From Craspedostauros australis (Eukaryota), in NCBI GenBank assembly GCA_030167865.1, contig JALAGF010000347.1, forward strand, positions 59,612 through 79,611: a DNA stretch of 20,000 nucleotides, written 5' to 3'. Of the stretch, positions 1-9,691 are shown piece after piece. The translations under genes were made by a program, and so were the position numbers. The notes under the pieces were generated by a model. The model saw nothing but the letters and a program-made list of their open reading frames with translations. It had not been told where the DNA came from and made no database searches. The number at the start of each line of letters is the position of its first letter. Positions within the stretch are counted from its first letter, which is position 1.

Positions 1-521
1 TCATCGTCATTGTCATCGTCATCTTCAAATTCGCCGTCGTTGTTGGTGTCGTCAATGTCATCGCTGTTGATGGACTGCAGATAGGATTGGAACAAGCGTC
101 GGCAATGATTGCCTGTTCGGTTATTCTTCGTCGCCACGAGCTTGATGTAATTGATCATCGCCTCCTCTGCGAGTTGCGTGCTGCAAGATAGCCATTCCTT
201 GTACTTTGCTCTGGCCACGACGTTGAACACAGAGGGCATGCTGTCATTGGGACACGGGCCGTCCTTGACGAGCTTGTAGAGAGCGTACAACCGAAGCTTT
301 TCATCCGTTGTAACATCGTCGCCTTCGATGGAGGACGGTGGAGCGTTGCGCACCTGCGACACCACCTCATCGAATAAGGCTTGCAGCCGGTTGATCGTCG
401 CTTTGCTCCTCCTGTTCATCAAGCCATCATCGTGCTGACCAATACGGGTGCCAGCATCGTTGCCCGTGTCATTTACTGGTGATTTGCCATCGTCGAGATC
501 TGCGGATTCATTGAACGACAT
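1..521 (-). CDS. Acyl-CoA-binding (ACB) domain protein, 3'-partial (continues beyond the left edge)
   Basis: Manual translation from the ATG at 521 (in-frame TGA upstream at 546-548) stays open to base 1: MSFNESADLDDGKSPVNDTG...RLQALFDEVVSQVRNAPPSSIEGDDVTTDEKLRLYALYKLVKDGPCPNDSMPSVFNVVARAKYKEWLSCSTQLAEEAMINYIKLV...DDIDDTNNDGEFEDDDDNDD. It matches the ACBP pattern F..AV..V...KL.LY.LYKQ..G.C...P......RAKW.AW......AM..YI.LV at about 135-389. An upstream exon cannot be excluded. Confidence 0.85.
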   Translation of the reverse strand, partial: MSFNESADLDDGKSPVNDTGNDAGTRIGQHDDGLMNRRSKATINRLQALFDEVVSQVRNAPPSSIEGDDVTTDEKLRLYALYKLVKDGPCPNDSMPSVFNVVARAKYKEWLSCSTQLAEEAMINYIKLVATKNNRTGNHCRRLFQSYLQSINSDDIDDTNNDGEFEDDDDNDD

Positions 522-795
522 TGCGAGAGCTGCGCCCAATCGTCGTCACGCAAGGCAAGAGCAGAGAAGAGCACGAGCGATCTCCTGATGTATGGTAAAC
601 AGTCGCACGTAAATGAGGGTTGATGGACGTCGTCGTACAGGTTTCACGTCGAGTAGTTGTATGTGTGGTATGGTATTGTATTAGTATCGTATGGAATGTA
701 TGCTTGTTGGTTGGCACCACGCCTGCGGATGAGGCCGGTGTTGTTGTCAGCGTACTCGTATAGTAGGTAGCAAGAAGAAGTCTCTCTTTCTGCTG

Positions 796-826
796 TTCTT
801 GCTCTTGCTCTTGCTCTTACTCTTGC
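796..826. repeat. Hexanucleotide microsatellite (TTGCTC)n, imperfect, about 5 units
   Basis: ttcttgctcttgctcttgctcttactcttgc read directly. Confidence 0.75.
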
Positions 827-2688
827 CCGCGACCATGATCGCAGTCGAGAGGGGAACCAACCACGATGACGACGATGACGAAGACGGTGATGGCGGCAAC
901 GTTGTCTTGTTGGTGTCACTTTCCGCGATGGTTGGTGCCCACGAAGGAAAATCCAAAATCGTGGACTGACACCGGATGAAAAATGTGCACCCATCACAAA
1001 GCGTGTGTCAAACACATGCCCACGACTCGCTTGCCACCACCAATCAATTCCTTCGCCATCTCCTCTCAGTCGTGCTTGCTCGATAGAAAAAACCATCTAA
1101 TCGGCTGAATCGAAGAACTTGCCCATCGCAAGTTCAACGCTTCCGGCTCTTTCGGAGAAATTTGTATCGATTATTCAAGCGTTAATATTGAATACGGTAT
1201 TGCATGTGTATCACATGGTTGCTGTTTCCCGAAAAGTGAAGTGTTGTTCTGACGTCAATCGTTTTGGCACCACGTATGCATGAGCATCCAATCAGAATTC
1301 AGTATTTGTCCATCGCACAATCTGCGATGCTGGCGATGTGTGCGCGGCGTACGTGTCGGCAAGAGCTCCACTTTTTGGCCTCGACACTCCTTCGCCAGTT
1401 CGCCGCCACGGCCAGATCGTCATCGTGTTTTTGCGTCGCTGATGCGATCAGACGCTGCGACACGCACGCACAAGCACATGCGTGATTTTGCTGGGTGGGT
1501 GGCAATCTTCCGAGACACTGAGAGAGATGATGACCTCGTCAACTGCTTCCGCAGGCACCCTTGCTTTCCCAGTCGTCAATTTCAACCAACCCAACCAAGG
1601 CCAAACACACAGACGCAGACGCAGAACAACCAGGCAGAACAAGTACCAACAAACACGCCTTTCTCACTGCGTGACATCCACGCATACACGTCCATGGTAT
1701 GGAAGAGTGCACACATCACGATTAATCCACGTATTGCCAGCATTAACGGCGCTATTAGTACGTCCCACCACCGCGAGACAGCGTTGCAATTGCTCTGCTC
1801 CACTTTCCTTTCCTCCGTAAAGCAATACCAATACTCCGCCCTCAAGTGCGACACCAACTCAACCAGAGGCGACGATTCACCACAACCACCAAACCAAACC
1901 AAACCTCTCAGACAAAGACAAAGACAAAGGACAAACAGCACTACCACAACCTCAAGGCAACACCAACAAAACGACTGCGTCGCCTTCTTTCCATCACACG
2001 CATCCTCCGATCGGATAGATTCTCACAGCGCTCACAAAATCAAAACAACCGCACAATTGCACACCAACACGCCAACACGAGTTCCTCACAACATTCTCAC
2101 AACTCCATTCTCCCATCCATCATCTCAGAAGGCACACAAAAAACGAAAGAAGAAGACACAACAACGGCTCGAACTCGCGCTCCATCACATCAGTTTTCCG
2201 ATCAGGTGAGTTCTGACAACGTCGGCGTTCCTTGCGTGAAAGAAAAACATCAACTTCATTTTCCTTGCGAAGCCATCGAGAAGTGCCGTCATTGTGACGA
2301 TTCCGTCTTGTGTTCCTACGTCATTCCGTCTCCGCACACGCAATCATCCATCAGACATGCCCCAGAAAACTCACACGAACATCAACCATTCACTGCCCTG
2401 CTTGCACGCCCACTTCCATCTCTGCTCGCATGGCGCGTTGCCGACCGCCACCGCGATTCATTGCGTGATTGCATTGGCCCGCCATCGCCTCGCATCATCG
2501 CAAAAAAACATGCGACGTCTTTCCATGCCTCCACACCATCACAAACACACAACAACGCACCCTGACACGGATGAACAACGACCAACGACCAACCCTTTAC
2601 GCCACATCACACGGATACTCCAAACGAAACAAAGATACCAACCATACACACCAAACCCTCAGCCAAATTCAATCCAATCTAATTCGCA

Positions 2689-3153
2689 ATGATCTCCAGA
2701 CAGAACATCCTCGCTTTGCTCTTCCTCTGCCTCTCCGTCTTCGCCTCTACAACAACGGCGCTCGTGGCACCATCTCCAATCCGCAGAACGGCAGCAGCAA
2801 CCTCGACCACCCTCGCCGCCACAGCACTCCAACGTCCTGCCGCAAGCACCGTCCTGGAACGATCGCAGCAGAAGCAGCGCCGCAATGATTCCAACGAACA
2901 GCGCGTCGGCGGTGATGCCTGGGAGGTCCGAATTTACAACGATGGATTGAACACGAGGGAATACGTGGCGCGATCCCTGGTCAAGGTCGTCGGCATTTCC
3001 GAGCTCACCGCCTACCAGACCATGATGCAGGCGCACAAGAATGGTATCGCCGCCGTCGGACGATGGGCCTTCGAGGTTGCCGAACTGTATCACGATGGTC
3101 TGCAAAAGAATGGCATCGTTTCCGATCTCGTTCCAGTCGACGAAAGCTCGTGA
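2689..3153 (+). CDS. clpS: ClpS-family N-degron adaptor of the Clp protease, predicted plastid-targeted
   Basis: C-terminal core WEVRIYNDGLNTREYVARSLVKVVGISELTAYQTMMQAHKNGIAAVGRWAFEVAELYHDGLQKNGIVSDLVP fits ClpS (V.L.ND..N..EYV...L......A...M..AH..G.A.V.....E.AE). N-terminus has a hydrophobic signal peptide (NILALLFLCLSVFASTTTA-LVAP) and an S/T/A/R-rich transit-like segment. Confidence 0.9.
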   Translation: MISRQNILALLFLCLSVFASTTTALVAPSPIRRTAAATSTTLAATALQRPAASTVLERSQQKQRRNDSNEQRVGGDAWEVRIYNDGLNTREYVARSLVKVVGISELTAYQTMMQAHKNGIAAVGRWAFEVAELYHDGLQKNGIVSDLVPVDESS

Positions 3154-3898
3154 AGTATTTCATTCCCATCATTATCATCATCATGATGAGACAGGCAGAC
3201 TCGCCAGAGAGACGGAGAAAGAGACGAGACGAGGCGAGTGATTGCGAGACGCTAAGGACTCAAGAGGACAGCGCTCTACCCCCAACATTCTCCCAAGAAG
3301 AGCAGCCAACCACATCAAACAACAATCCATCCACCCCACGTTCATGTACTCCTACAACGCACTGTTACTCTACACAAGACAACCACAACACCACATCTAT
3401 CGCAGCCGCGATGAACATGTATATATAACCACACAATGCACAAGCAAAGCATAGCAAACCATCAAAGCACTAGGATTCCAATAAAATACTATTATATTCT
3501 AGAATATAATGCAAGCAGACGATCCCTTGGAAAATCCAAGTCTGATACATTAGATTACCAACATAGGACTGGTACACTCAAGAACACCTTGTGGCGTCGT
3601 ACTCGAGAACCATGTTCGTGTCGGAGTGGGTTGGCCATTCCGCAAAGCGCGGTTGGAGGACATGCAGAGTATTGGTAGTTCAAAGAAGCGAACCGTGCTC
3701 ACTCGTATGGAGGAACGCCAAGAGGAAGGTGCAACATTCACTTTGCTTCTACCTTACACGTACCGTACTGCGCTGCATCGTGCATTGCCTGCGCTAGATA
3801 CGCTGTGTCCTCAAATTATTCTTCGACTCTCTCCACAACTCTCGATCAGGACTTTCTCTCTGGAAAGTACTCCACTCTTCAGTTCAGTTCAGCTCAGC

Positions 3899-6800
3899 TT
3901 AGATTGCATTGTACGACGTCGACATAGATGCCGCGGAAGGCGACACGCCGTCGACGCCAAGCAGGGGTTGTTGCGAGGCGTACCCAACTCTGTTGGCAGG
4001 GGCTGCTGATGCCGCTGGTGCCATCGGCGTCATCATCGCAAAGGACCAATAACTTGAAGGTGCTGCCGCCGGCTGTTGCTGGTGGCGATGGTAAAGAGCC
4101 TGCGATGCTCGTGCTTGCTGTGGTTGCTGGGTCGTCGCCAGTCCGGCAGGGCCACCAGCGGACGACACCATCACAGACTTCCGGTTCTTGTACATCCCAC
4201 CGATGATCGAGCCGCTGTTCAGGATGCCGGTGCCGTACACGTCCAGCTTTTGGAATGCCGAGAACGTGGAGAGGATGTCATCCTCCGTCACCTTGCCAAG
4301 TCTCACCAGCATCGCCAGCGCGAACATCTCCCTGGTGCATTCGTCCAGCCCGCTAGGACGCTGGGCACACAGATTCAACCGTCGGATCAACGGTCCTGTC
4401 GCAAGCTCGCGCAGGGCGGCATCGTCTAGCTGATCTCCGAACTGTGTCAGGACCGCCTTCTCGATGCGACGTTTACGCAATTCCAGCGGAATCATGCTGA
4501 TCAGCGACATGTTGTGCAGCAGTAAAGTGCCCGCCACGAGAATGTATACCGTGGCAAACAGCTTCCCACCTTTCGTTACTGGTGTGATATCTCCGTAGCC
4601 AACCGTCGTCAGAAGCACGGTGGTGAAGTACCAGCTGTCGACGACGGAGAAGTCTTCGATGAAGTAAAATCCCAAGCACCCGAATGCAATGATGAACATT
4701 GAATTCATCAACGCCTCTCGGAGCGTCAGGAATACGTACTGGCCATTCTTCACCATGCTGTACTTATCCTCCAGGTCGACTACACCATCAACGCTGCTCG
4801 TGGTGGATGATCCATCGGAGGTAGGAGCGTCCAAGTCTTGATTCAAGATACGAGGTGCTGGTATCCCGCCGAATGGATTTTGCTGCTGCTGCTGCTGCTG
4901 CAGCTGAGAGTATTGCAATGGGTGCTGTTGCTGCCCCTGTCGATGCAACTGGTATTTGTGCTCCTGCCGCATCCCTTGGTGTTGCTGCTGATTGAATCTG
5001 AGGAAATTCGCATTTGGCATGGGTGTTTGCAGGAGAGATTGCATGCCATCCATCATACTGGTGTTGCCTCCGATCACATCTTCAAATGTGGGCGGTAATT
5101 CGGCGCTGAACTTGCGCTGCTGCCACGTCGACCCCAAAGCCAACGCTGACCCACGGCCGTTCAAATCAAGCGATTCGTGCCTCGTGTGACTTTGACGCCC
5201 GAGGATCTGCGCCGTGAGAGGCGAGCCCAAATGGCTGTTGTTTTGCACTTTGGTTGCCGCGGTTGACTTCTTGCCATTATTCATTTGCACAGGTGACATG
5301 TCGATCGTTGACTTCGTCGCTGCTGCTGATGTTTGTGGCGGCGTCTGGACAGCTGCTTGCTCTTTCGCCTGCGCCACGACAGGTGTTGCTGTTGTCGATG
5401 ATATTGCTCCTGCTATCGCCACAGGTTCTCCAGTTCCAGGATTGGGTGCCGATGATTCGGTTATCGTGCCACTAGGTGATTTAGTGACCGCATTCCATGC
5501 TGGGCTTGTTTGTGCGATGTCCTTGCTGTCTGCAGACTCTTTTGGCGACAACATTGGGCCGCTGTTGAAGGAGTTGCTTGACGCGGATTGGGGGCTACCA
5601 AAGATATGCGACTCGCGGACACTGACACTACTGGGGCTCTTGATATCCTTGATGTGAATGAAGGCTCGGCTGTTGCTTCGGGCGCTCGAAGTGCTTGTTG
5701 GACGTTCGGAGAAGCACGCGACTGTCTTCATCTCCCTCACTGTCGATGGTATGTGCTTGCGTTGCCGCTTGGTATCGCGCTCCACGCTCTGGTCACCATT
5801 CGTGGTGTCGAATGATGGCCTGGGGGCGTACACTGAACGATCAGCGTGCAGTGGGCTCGCGTGTTGGGTCTGGAACAGCTGCTGATGCAGCCCACCATTG
5901 ATCGCTGCATCTTGGATGTTCTGCAACCTCGTGCAATTTGGACACGAATTGATGCGGTTCTCCTTGGCCTCGCGACGAGAGCTCTCGTCCAACATTTTGG
6001 CAATGTACGAACCGAGCAACAGACCGATGCATGCAACGCCGAAGTAGATGAACACAGAGCACATAATCTTCGCACCGTCGGATGTTGGCGCCAAATCACC
6101 AAGGCCAGCCGTTGTGAGTGTGATTACGGCAAAATAGATGCAATCCAGTGCAGGCCAGCCTTCCTGCATGCCGAATATGTACAGCGCTGCCATGACGTAC
6201 ACGCTGAAGTAAAATGCGATGTACCCAGCAGCGCTTTCAAACTGTCCCGATGCGCTGGACACCGTGAAGAACTCTCGTTGACGAGTTTTGCAGTTCGGGC
6301 AGATGTATGTTGGATACTCCGCATCGTCATCTTGGAGGGTTGATGTCATGGGACGGAAGCGTCTTCTGTCAGATAGTCGGAACCTTCGGTTCATGTTGGC
6401 GAATGGGGATCTGTCAGGTGAGGCGCCACCTTTCTGGCCAAACACGCCTGATTTAGTGCTCTGTCGTCTGGGGGACGCATCTGCCCGGTTCGATGGCAGG
6501 TCGTTGGCTCTCGATTCATCGCCATCCACATCGCGGACAATCTTCGGACTTAGCGTCGGTGTGGGCGTTGGCTTTGTCCGAGCCTTCCGATCTTTGGTGT
6601 CCACCGTGTCGCAGATGTTCAAACTCTGTGGCTCACGCAATGGTGTCATATCATCAGTCCCAGCAGATTGCACTAAATCAATCCCACCTGACGGTCGAGA
6701 GTTTGAGACACCATATTGATTCTGCGATGCCCATGATGTTGTGCCCAGGACGCTGGAATCGAAGCTGTTGTTGCCCCAAGGTGACGTGGCTGCGGGATTG

Positions 6801-9691
6801 TAGACATTTGGCTGCGCCTGCGCCTGTGCGTGTGTTGATCCGAAAGATGGAGTGAATGGTGACGCCTGCTGCTGTCTCTGCTGCTGTGGCTGCTGCCATC
6901 GATTGGCAGGAGTGGCCAAGACTGGGGCCGAGCCATCGGAAAAGGCGCTTCGTGGGCTGTCATTGTAAGTGGGAAGTCCTGATGGCAGCTTGCGCATACT
7001 CGCCTTCGCGCTTTCACTCCATTGGTTCTGAACTTGCGCCATGAACGACGATCTCGGACTGATTGCTGATCGAAGCGTTGCCGCTGGTACCGGTCCAGGC
7101 GGCGGCGGCGGAGGTGGAGGGGGCTGATGGAGATAGCGCTGCGCTTGCTGCTGAGATTGAGTATTCTGCTGCAATTGATTTGGATTCGAGAGATGGTTTG
7201 GTAGGTGATGATTGTGCTGATGCGGTTCTGCATGCATGCGTTCGTTGCTGTGTTGGTATTGTGGCTGCTCATGGCTTGCATATGGAAGTTGATGCTGATG
7301 CTGATGGTGGTTGTGCTGTTGGAAGAAATACTGTCTCTGCTGAACCATGGGACTGGGCAACGACGAAACTGCTGACGAGGCCGTCGAGATCGGTCTAGAT
7401 TTTGAGGATGCCGGGCGGTTGCCATCTGCTGCGTGATCGGCTGAATACAAGTTGCTGGTGTCAATAACGAGTCCGGTCCTCCCTCCCTGCGTTTGCAAAT
7501 CGGTCGTAGACCGTGGAGTTAGATTTCCCCTTGGCGATTGCAACCGTTCGAAGGATGTGGGATGGATCGTTGTTCGCATGTCGACAACCGGAGCGACCGA
7601 TTTGTAAGCTACGCTGAATGAACTACCTGTCCTCGAAGCTGAGAGGGCTCTCCTGTGCCGAACATGACGCCTTGCTGATCTCGACGTGGAAGATGCCCCC
7701 TTCCGACCACCGCTGCGTTGTTTCGGGTCACGTCGTCCACGCCAAGGGTGGGGTTTTGGAGATGTGGCCGAACCTGAAGTGTGACTGGGGATCTGAATGG
7801 TGCCAAGGCTGGGGCTGATCAGTCCTGACCCGTTGCTGGGAGAAAACGCTTGATTTGAACGACCAAAATCTGCACTGAATGAGTGCCTGGCGCGGGTCAG
7901 CGGAACGTTTTGGCCCAATTTGCTGTCGTCGTCATCAGTGTCGCCGTACGTAGATGGCAGCGGGATCTGATCCTGTTCCATTCCTTTCCATCCTTGGCCT
8001 CCATTGACGAGAGCGGCTGCGGCTGCATCACCACTGCGTTGTCTGTGATGGTGGCGGTTGTTGTCCACGTTGCGTCGACGGCTCCTGCGCGACCCAGCTG
8101 CCTTTTTTTCGTCATCAGGACACGGACGAGATTTTTGGTTTGGCGGTGCGCATCCTTCGTCGACTTTGTTTCTCCCATCTACGTTGGCACCGACATCACG
8201 TTGATCTTCGCGAGACAGTGATATTATTTGGGTTTCACCAAGATCGCTCTCGTCGGCGGATGCTGACAAGGTCATGTCGACGATGTCGTCGCCAAGCAGG
8301 AACAAGGAACTTTGGGTCAGTGTGGGGATCACCTGGCTCAATTGGCTTGGCGAATCCTGTGCATTGGAAATAACGCTCGCCTTCGCGTCCTTGCTCATGT
8401 CCTTGTTTACGTTGCTACGACCACCACCGATTGTACCAGCAACAACCGCAGTGCTTGCACCATCTGCAGCGGACGAAGTTGCCAGTGTTGACAATTCTTT
8501 CGGTGCCGATCTGTAGATGCTGTTGACGTGCGGTCGATTCTGATCCTGTTGATTTGGTGGATGGTACGATGATGCGAAGGAAGAGGTGGAGTCAAACTCA
8601 GCCTGCTTCAGTTTCCCTTCGCTGGAAACGCGCAAATCCGTGAGAAAAGTGTGTAACTGCCTCTTCTGGCTTTCCGAGAAGGCACTGGATGCCGACGCTG
8701 TTGACTTGTAGTTGTCGTGTTCCGAATTTTTCGCGGAGCGTGGCATCGTTGGCCGATACGGTGGCTGTCGTCGTTCTGGGAATGGTGAACCTTGCAGATC
8801 ATTCAGATCGGGTAAGCTAGACGGCGGCATGACGTGTTCGGAACCATAATCTGCATGGTGGTTTGGATGCTGTTCTTGATGCTGTTTGGGTACGTTGGGG
8901 GCATTGTCATTATCGTTGCTGTGGCGGGAAGTAGCATCAGCACGGTGGCTGTCCCAAGTAGGCTTGAGAGGACCAGTGTTGATGGACTGGTCGTTTTTGT
9001 GGGCATGCTCACTATCGGCATCGCCGTACGTGTCGGAACCTGGCCTCCTTGGGGCCCCTCCAGGTGAAAAGTAAAATTTCGTCCCGTTAATGTGCTGACT
9101 TTCAAAGGAGCTCAGGCTCGTGTTGCCAGGCGAAATGGTCGCATTTGCGTAGCTGTGGTTCCTTGCTGGAATCGGCGGATGTGCATGCTGCTGTTGATGC
9201 TGCTGTTGATGCTGCTGATTCTGATGTGCGTTTTGAGCAGCACCACTGAAGCTTCCGGAGGAGTAGAAGATCTGATTGTTTGCATTCGAATTAGCCTGCC
9301 TCTGTGTCGAATCCAACTCGCTCGTGGAAGGCTTGTTGAGGAAGATGTGACTGCTTTCCCCATCATTTGTATCCTGCTTCGTGTTCGGTCGTTTGGACTG
9401 GGTGTCCGCTCTCGCCTCTGTTTCCACTTCGACTTGGGCTTCCACTTTCGCTTTCACTTCCATGTGCTCGTCTACATTAACTCCCGCGCTTGCTTCCGGT
9501 TCTGTGCCAGCTCCTCCAATCATGGCTGATGCTGAAGCAGGAGCTCGCGATGATGTCAGCGGCAGATTCTGCGTCTCTGTTCTGTCGCCATGTTCTTCCT
9601 GAAGCGAGTCGCCAGATGCATCACCAACGCTGCCGTTTCCGTGGCTACTTCCCTTGTCGGCGTTTTTGGTGGTTCCGTTCTGTGCCATCAT
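3899..9691 (-). CDS. Two-pore-domain (TPK/KCO/K2P-like) potassium channel, ~1930 aa, with long low-complexity N-terminus and EF-hand-like C-terminus
   Basis: Pore 1 is DCIYFAVITLTTAGLGDLAP (GLG at 6098-6106) and pore 2 is DSWYFTTVLLTTVGYGDITP (GYG at 4592-4600), each flanked by two hydrophobic helices. The tail EMFALAMLVRLGKVTEDDILSTFSAFQKLDVYGTGIL resembles the plant TPK EF-hand region. The track start at 9781 is GTG; the first in-frame ATG is at 9691. Confidence 0.88.
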   Translation of the reverse strand: MMAQNGTTKNADKGSSHGNGSVGDASGDSLQEEHGDRTETQNLPLTSSRAPASASAMIGGAGTEPEASAGVNVDEHMEVKAKVEAQVEVETEARADTQSKRPNTKQDTNDGESSHIFLNKPSTSELDSTQRQANSNANNQIFYSSGSFSGAAQNAHQNQQHQQQHQQQHAHPPIPARNHSYANATISPGNTSLSSFESQHINGTKFYFSPGGAPRRPGSDTYGDADSEHAHKNDQSINTGPLKPTWDSHRADATSRHSNDNDNAPNVPKQHQEQHPNHHADYGSEHVMPPSSLPDLNDLQGSPFPERRQPPYRPTMPRSAKNSEHDNYKSTASASSAFSESQKRQLHTFLTDLRVSSEGKLKQAEFDSTSSFASSYHPPNQQDQNRPHVNSIYRSAPKELSTLATSSAADGASTAVVAGTIGGGRSNVNKDMSKDAKASVISNAQDSPSQLSQVIPTLTQSSLFLLGDDIVDMTLSASADESDLGETQIISLSREDQRDVGANVDGRNKVDEGCAPPNQKSRPCPDDEKKAAGSRRSRRRNVDNNRHHHRQRSGDAAAAALVNGGQGWKGMEQDQIPLPSTYGDTDDDDSKLGQNVPLTRARHSFSADFGRSNQAFSPSNGSGLISPSLGTIQIPSHTSGSATSPKPHPWRGRRDPKQRSGGRKGASSTSRSARRHVRHRRALSASRTGSSFSVAYKSVAPVVDMRTTIHPTSFERLQSPRGNLTPRSTTDLQTQGGRTGLVIDTSNLYSADHAADGNRPASSKSRPISTASSAVSSLPSPMVQQRQYFFQQHNHHQHQHQLPYASHEQPQYQHSNERMHAEPHQHNHHLPNHLSNPNQLQQNTQSQQQAQRYLHQPPPPPPPPPGPVPAATLRSAISPRSSFMAQVQNQWSESAKASMRKLPSGLPTYNDSPRSAFSDGSAPVLATPANRWQQPQQQRQQQASPFTPSFGSTHAQAQAQPNVYNPAATSPWGNNSFDSSVLGTTSWASQNQYGVSNSRPSGGIDLVQSAGTDDMTPLREPQSLNICDTVDTKDRKARTKPTPTPTLSPKIVRDVDGDESRANDLPSNRADASPRRQSTKSGVFGQKGGASPDRSPFANMNRRFRLSDRRRFRPMTSTLQDDDAEYPTYICPNCKTRQREFFTVSSASGQFESAAGYIAFYFSVYVMAALYIFGMQEGWPALDCIYFAVITLTTAGLGDLAPTSDGAKIMCSVFIYFGVACIGLLLGSYIAKMLDESSRREAKENRINSCPNCTRLQNIQDAAINGGLHQQLFQTQHASPLHADRSVYAPRPSFDTTNGDQSVERDTKRQRKHIPSTVREMKTVACFSERPTSTSSARSNSRAFIHIKDIKSPSSVSVRESHIFGSPQSASSNSFNSGPMLSPKESADSKDIAQTSPAWNAVTKSPSGTITESSAPNPGTGEPVAIAGAISSTTATPVVAQAKEQAAVQTPPQTSAAATKSTIDMSPVQMNNGKKSTAATKVQNNSHLGSPLTAQILGRQSHTRHESLDLNGRGSALALGSTWQQRKFSAELPPTFEDVIGGNTSMMDGMQSLLQTPMPNANFLRFNQQQHQGMRQEHKYQLHRQGQQQHPLQYSQLQQQQQQQNPFGGIPAPRILNQDLDAPTSDGSSTTSSVDGVVDLEDKYSMVKNGQYVFLTLREALMNSMFIIAFGCLGFYFIEDFSVVDSWYFTTVLLTTVGYGDITPVTKGGKLFATVYILVAGTLLLHNMSLISMIPLELRKRRIEKAVLTQFGDQLDDAALRELATGPLIRRLNLCAQRPSGLDECTREMFALAMLVRLGKVTEDDILSTFSAFQKLDVYGTGILNSGSIIGGMYKNRKSVMVSSAGGPAGLATTQQPQQARASQALYHRHQQQPAAAPSSYWSFAMMTPMAPAASAAPANRVGYASQQPLLGVDGVSPSAASMSTSYNAI

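Noticed and set aside
1526-1532. ATGATGA box C-like motif (C/D snoRNA)
   Set aside because: No box D (CTGA) or terminal stem at a suitable distance downstream.
1280-2692. ORFs of 309, 239 and 132 aa on the + strand
   Set aside because: T/Q/H/N-rich translations arise from the C/A skew, which depletes stop codons. They overlap in several frames and show no domain.
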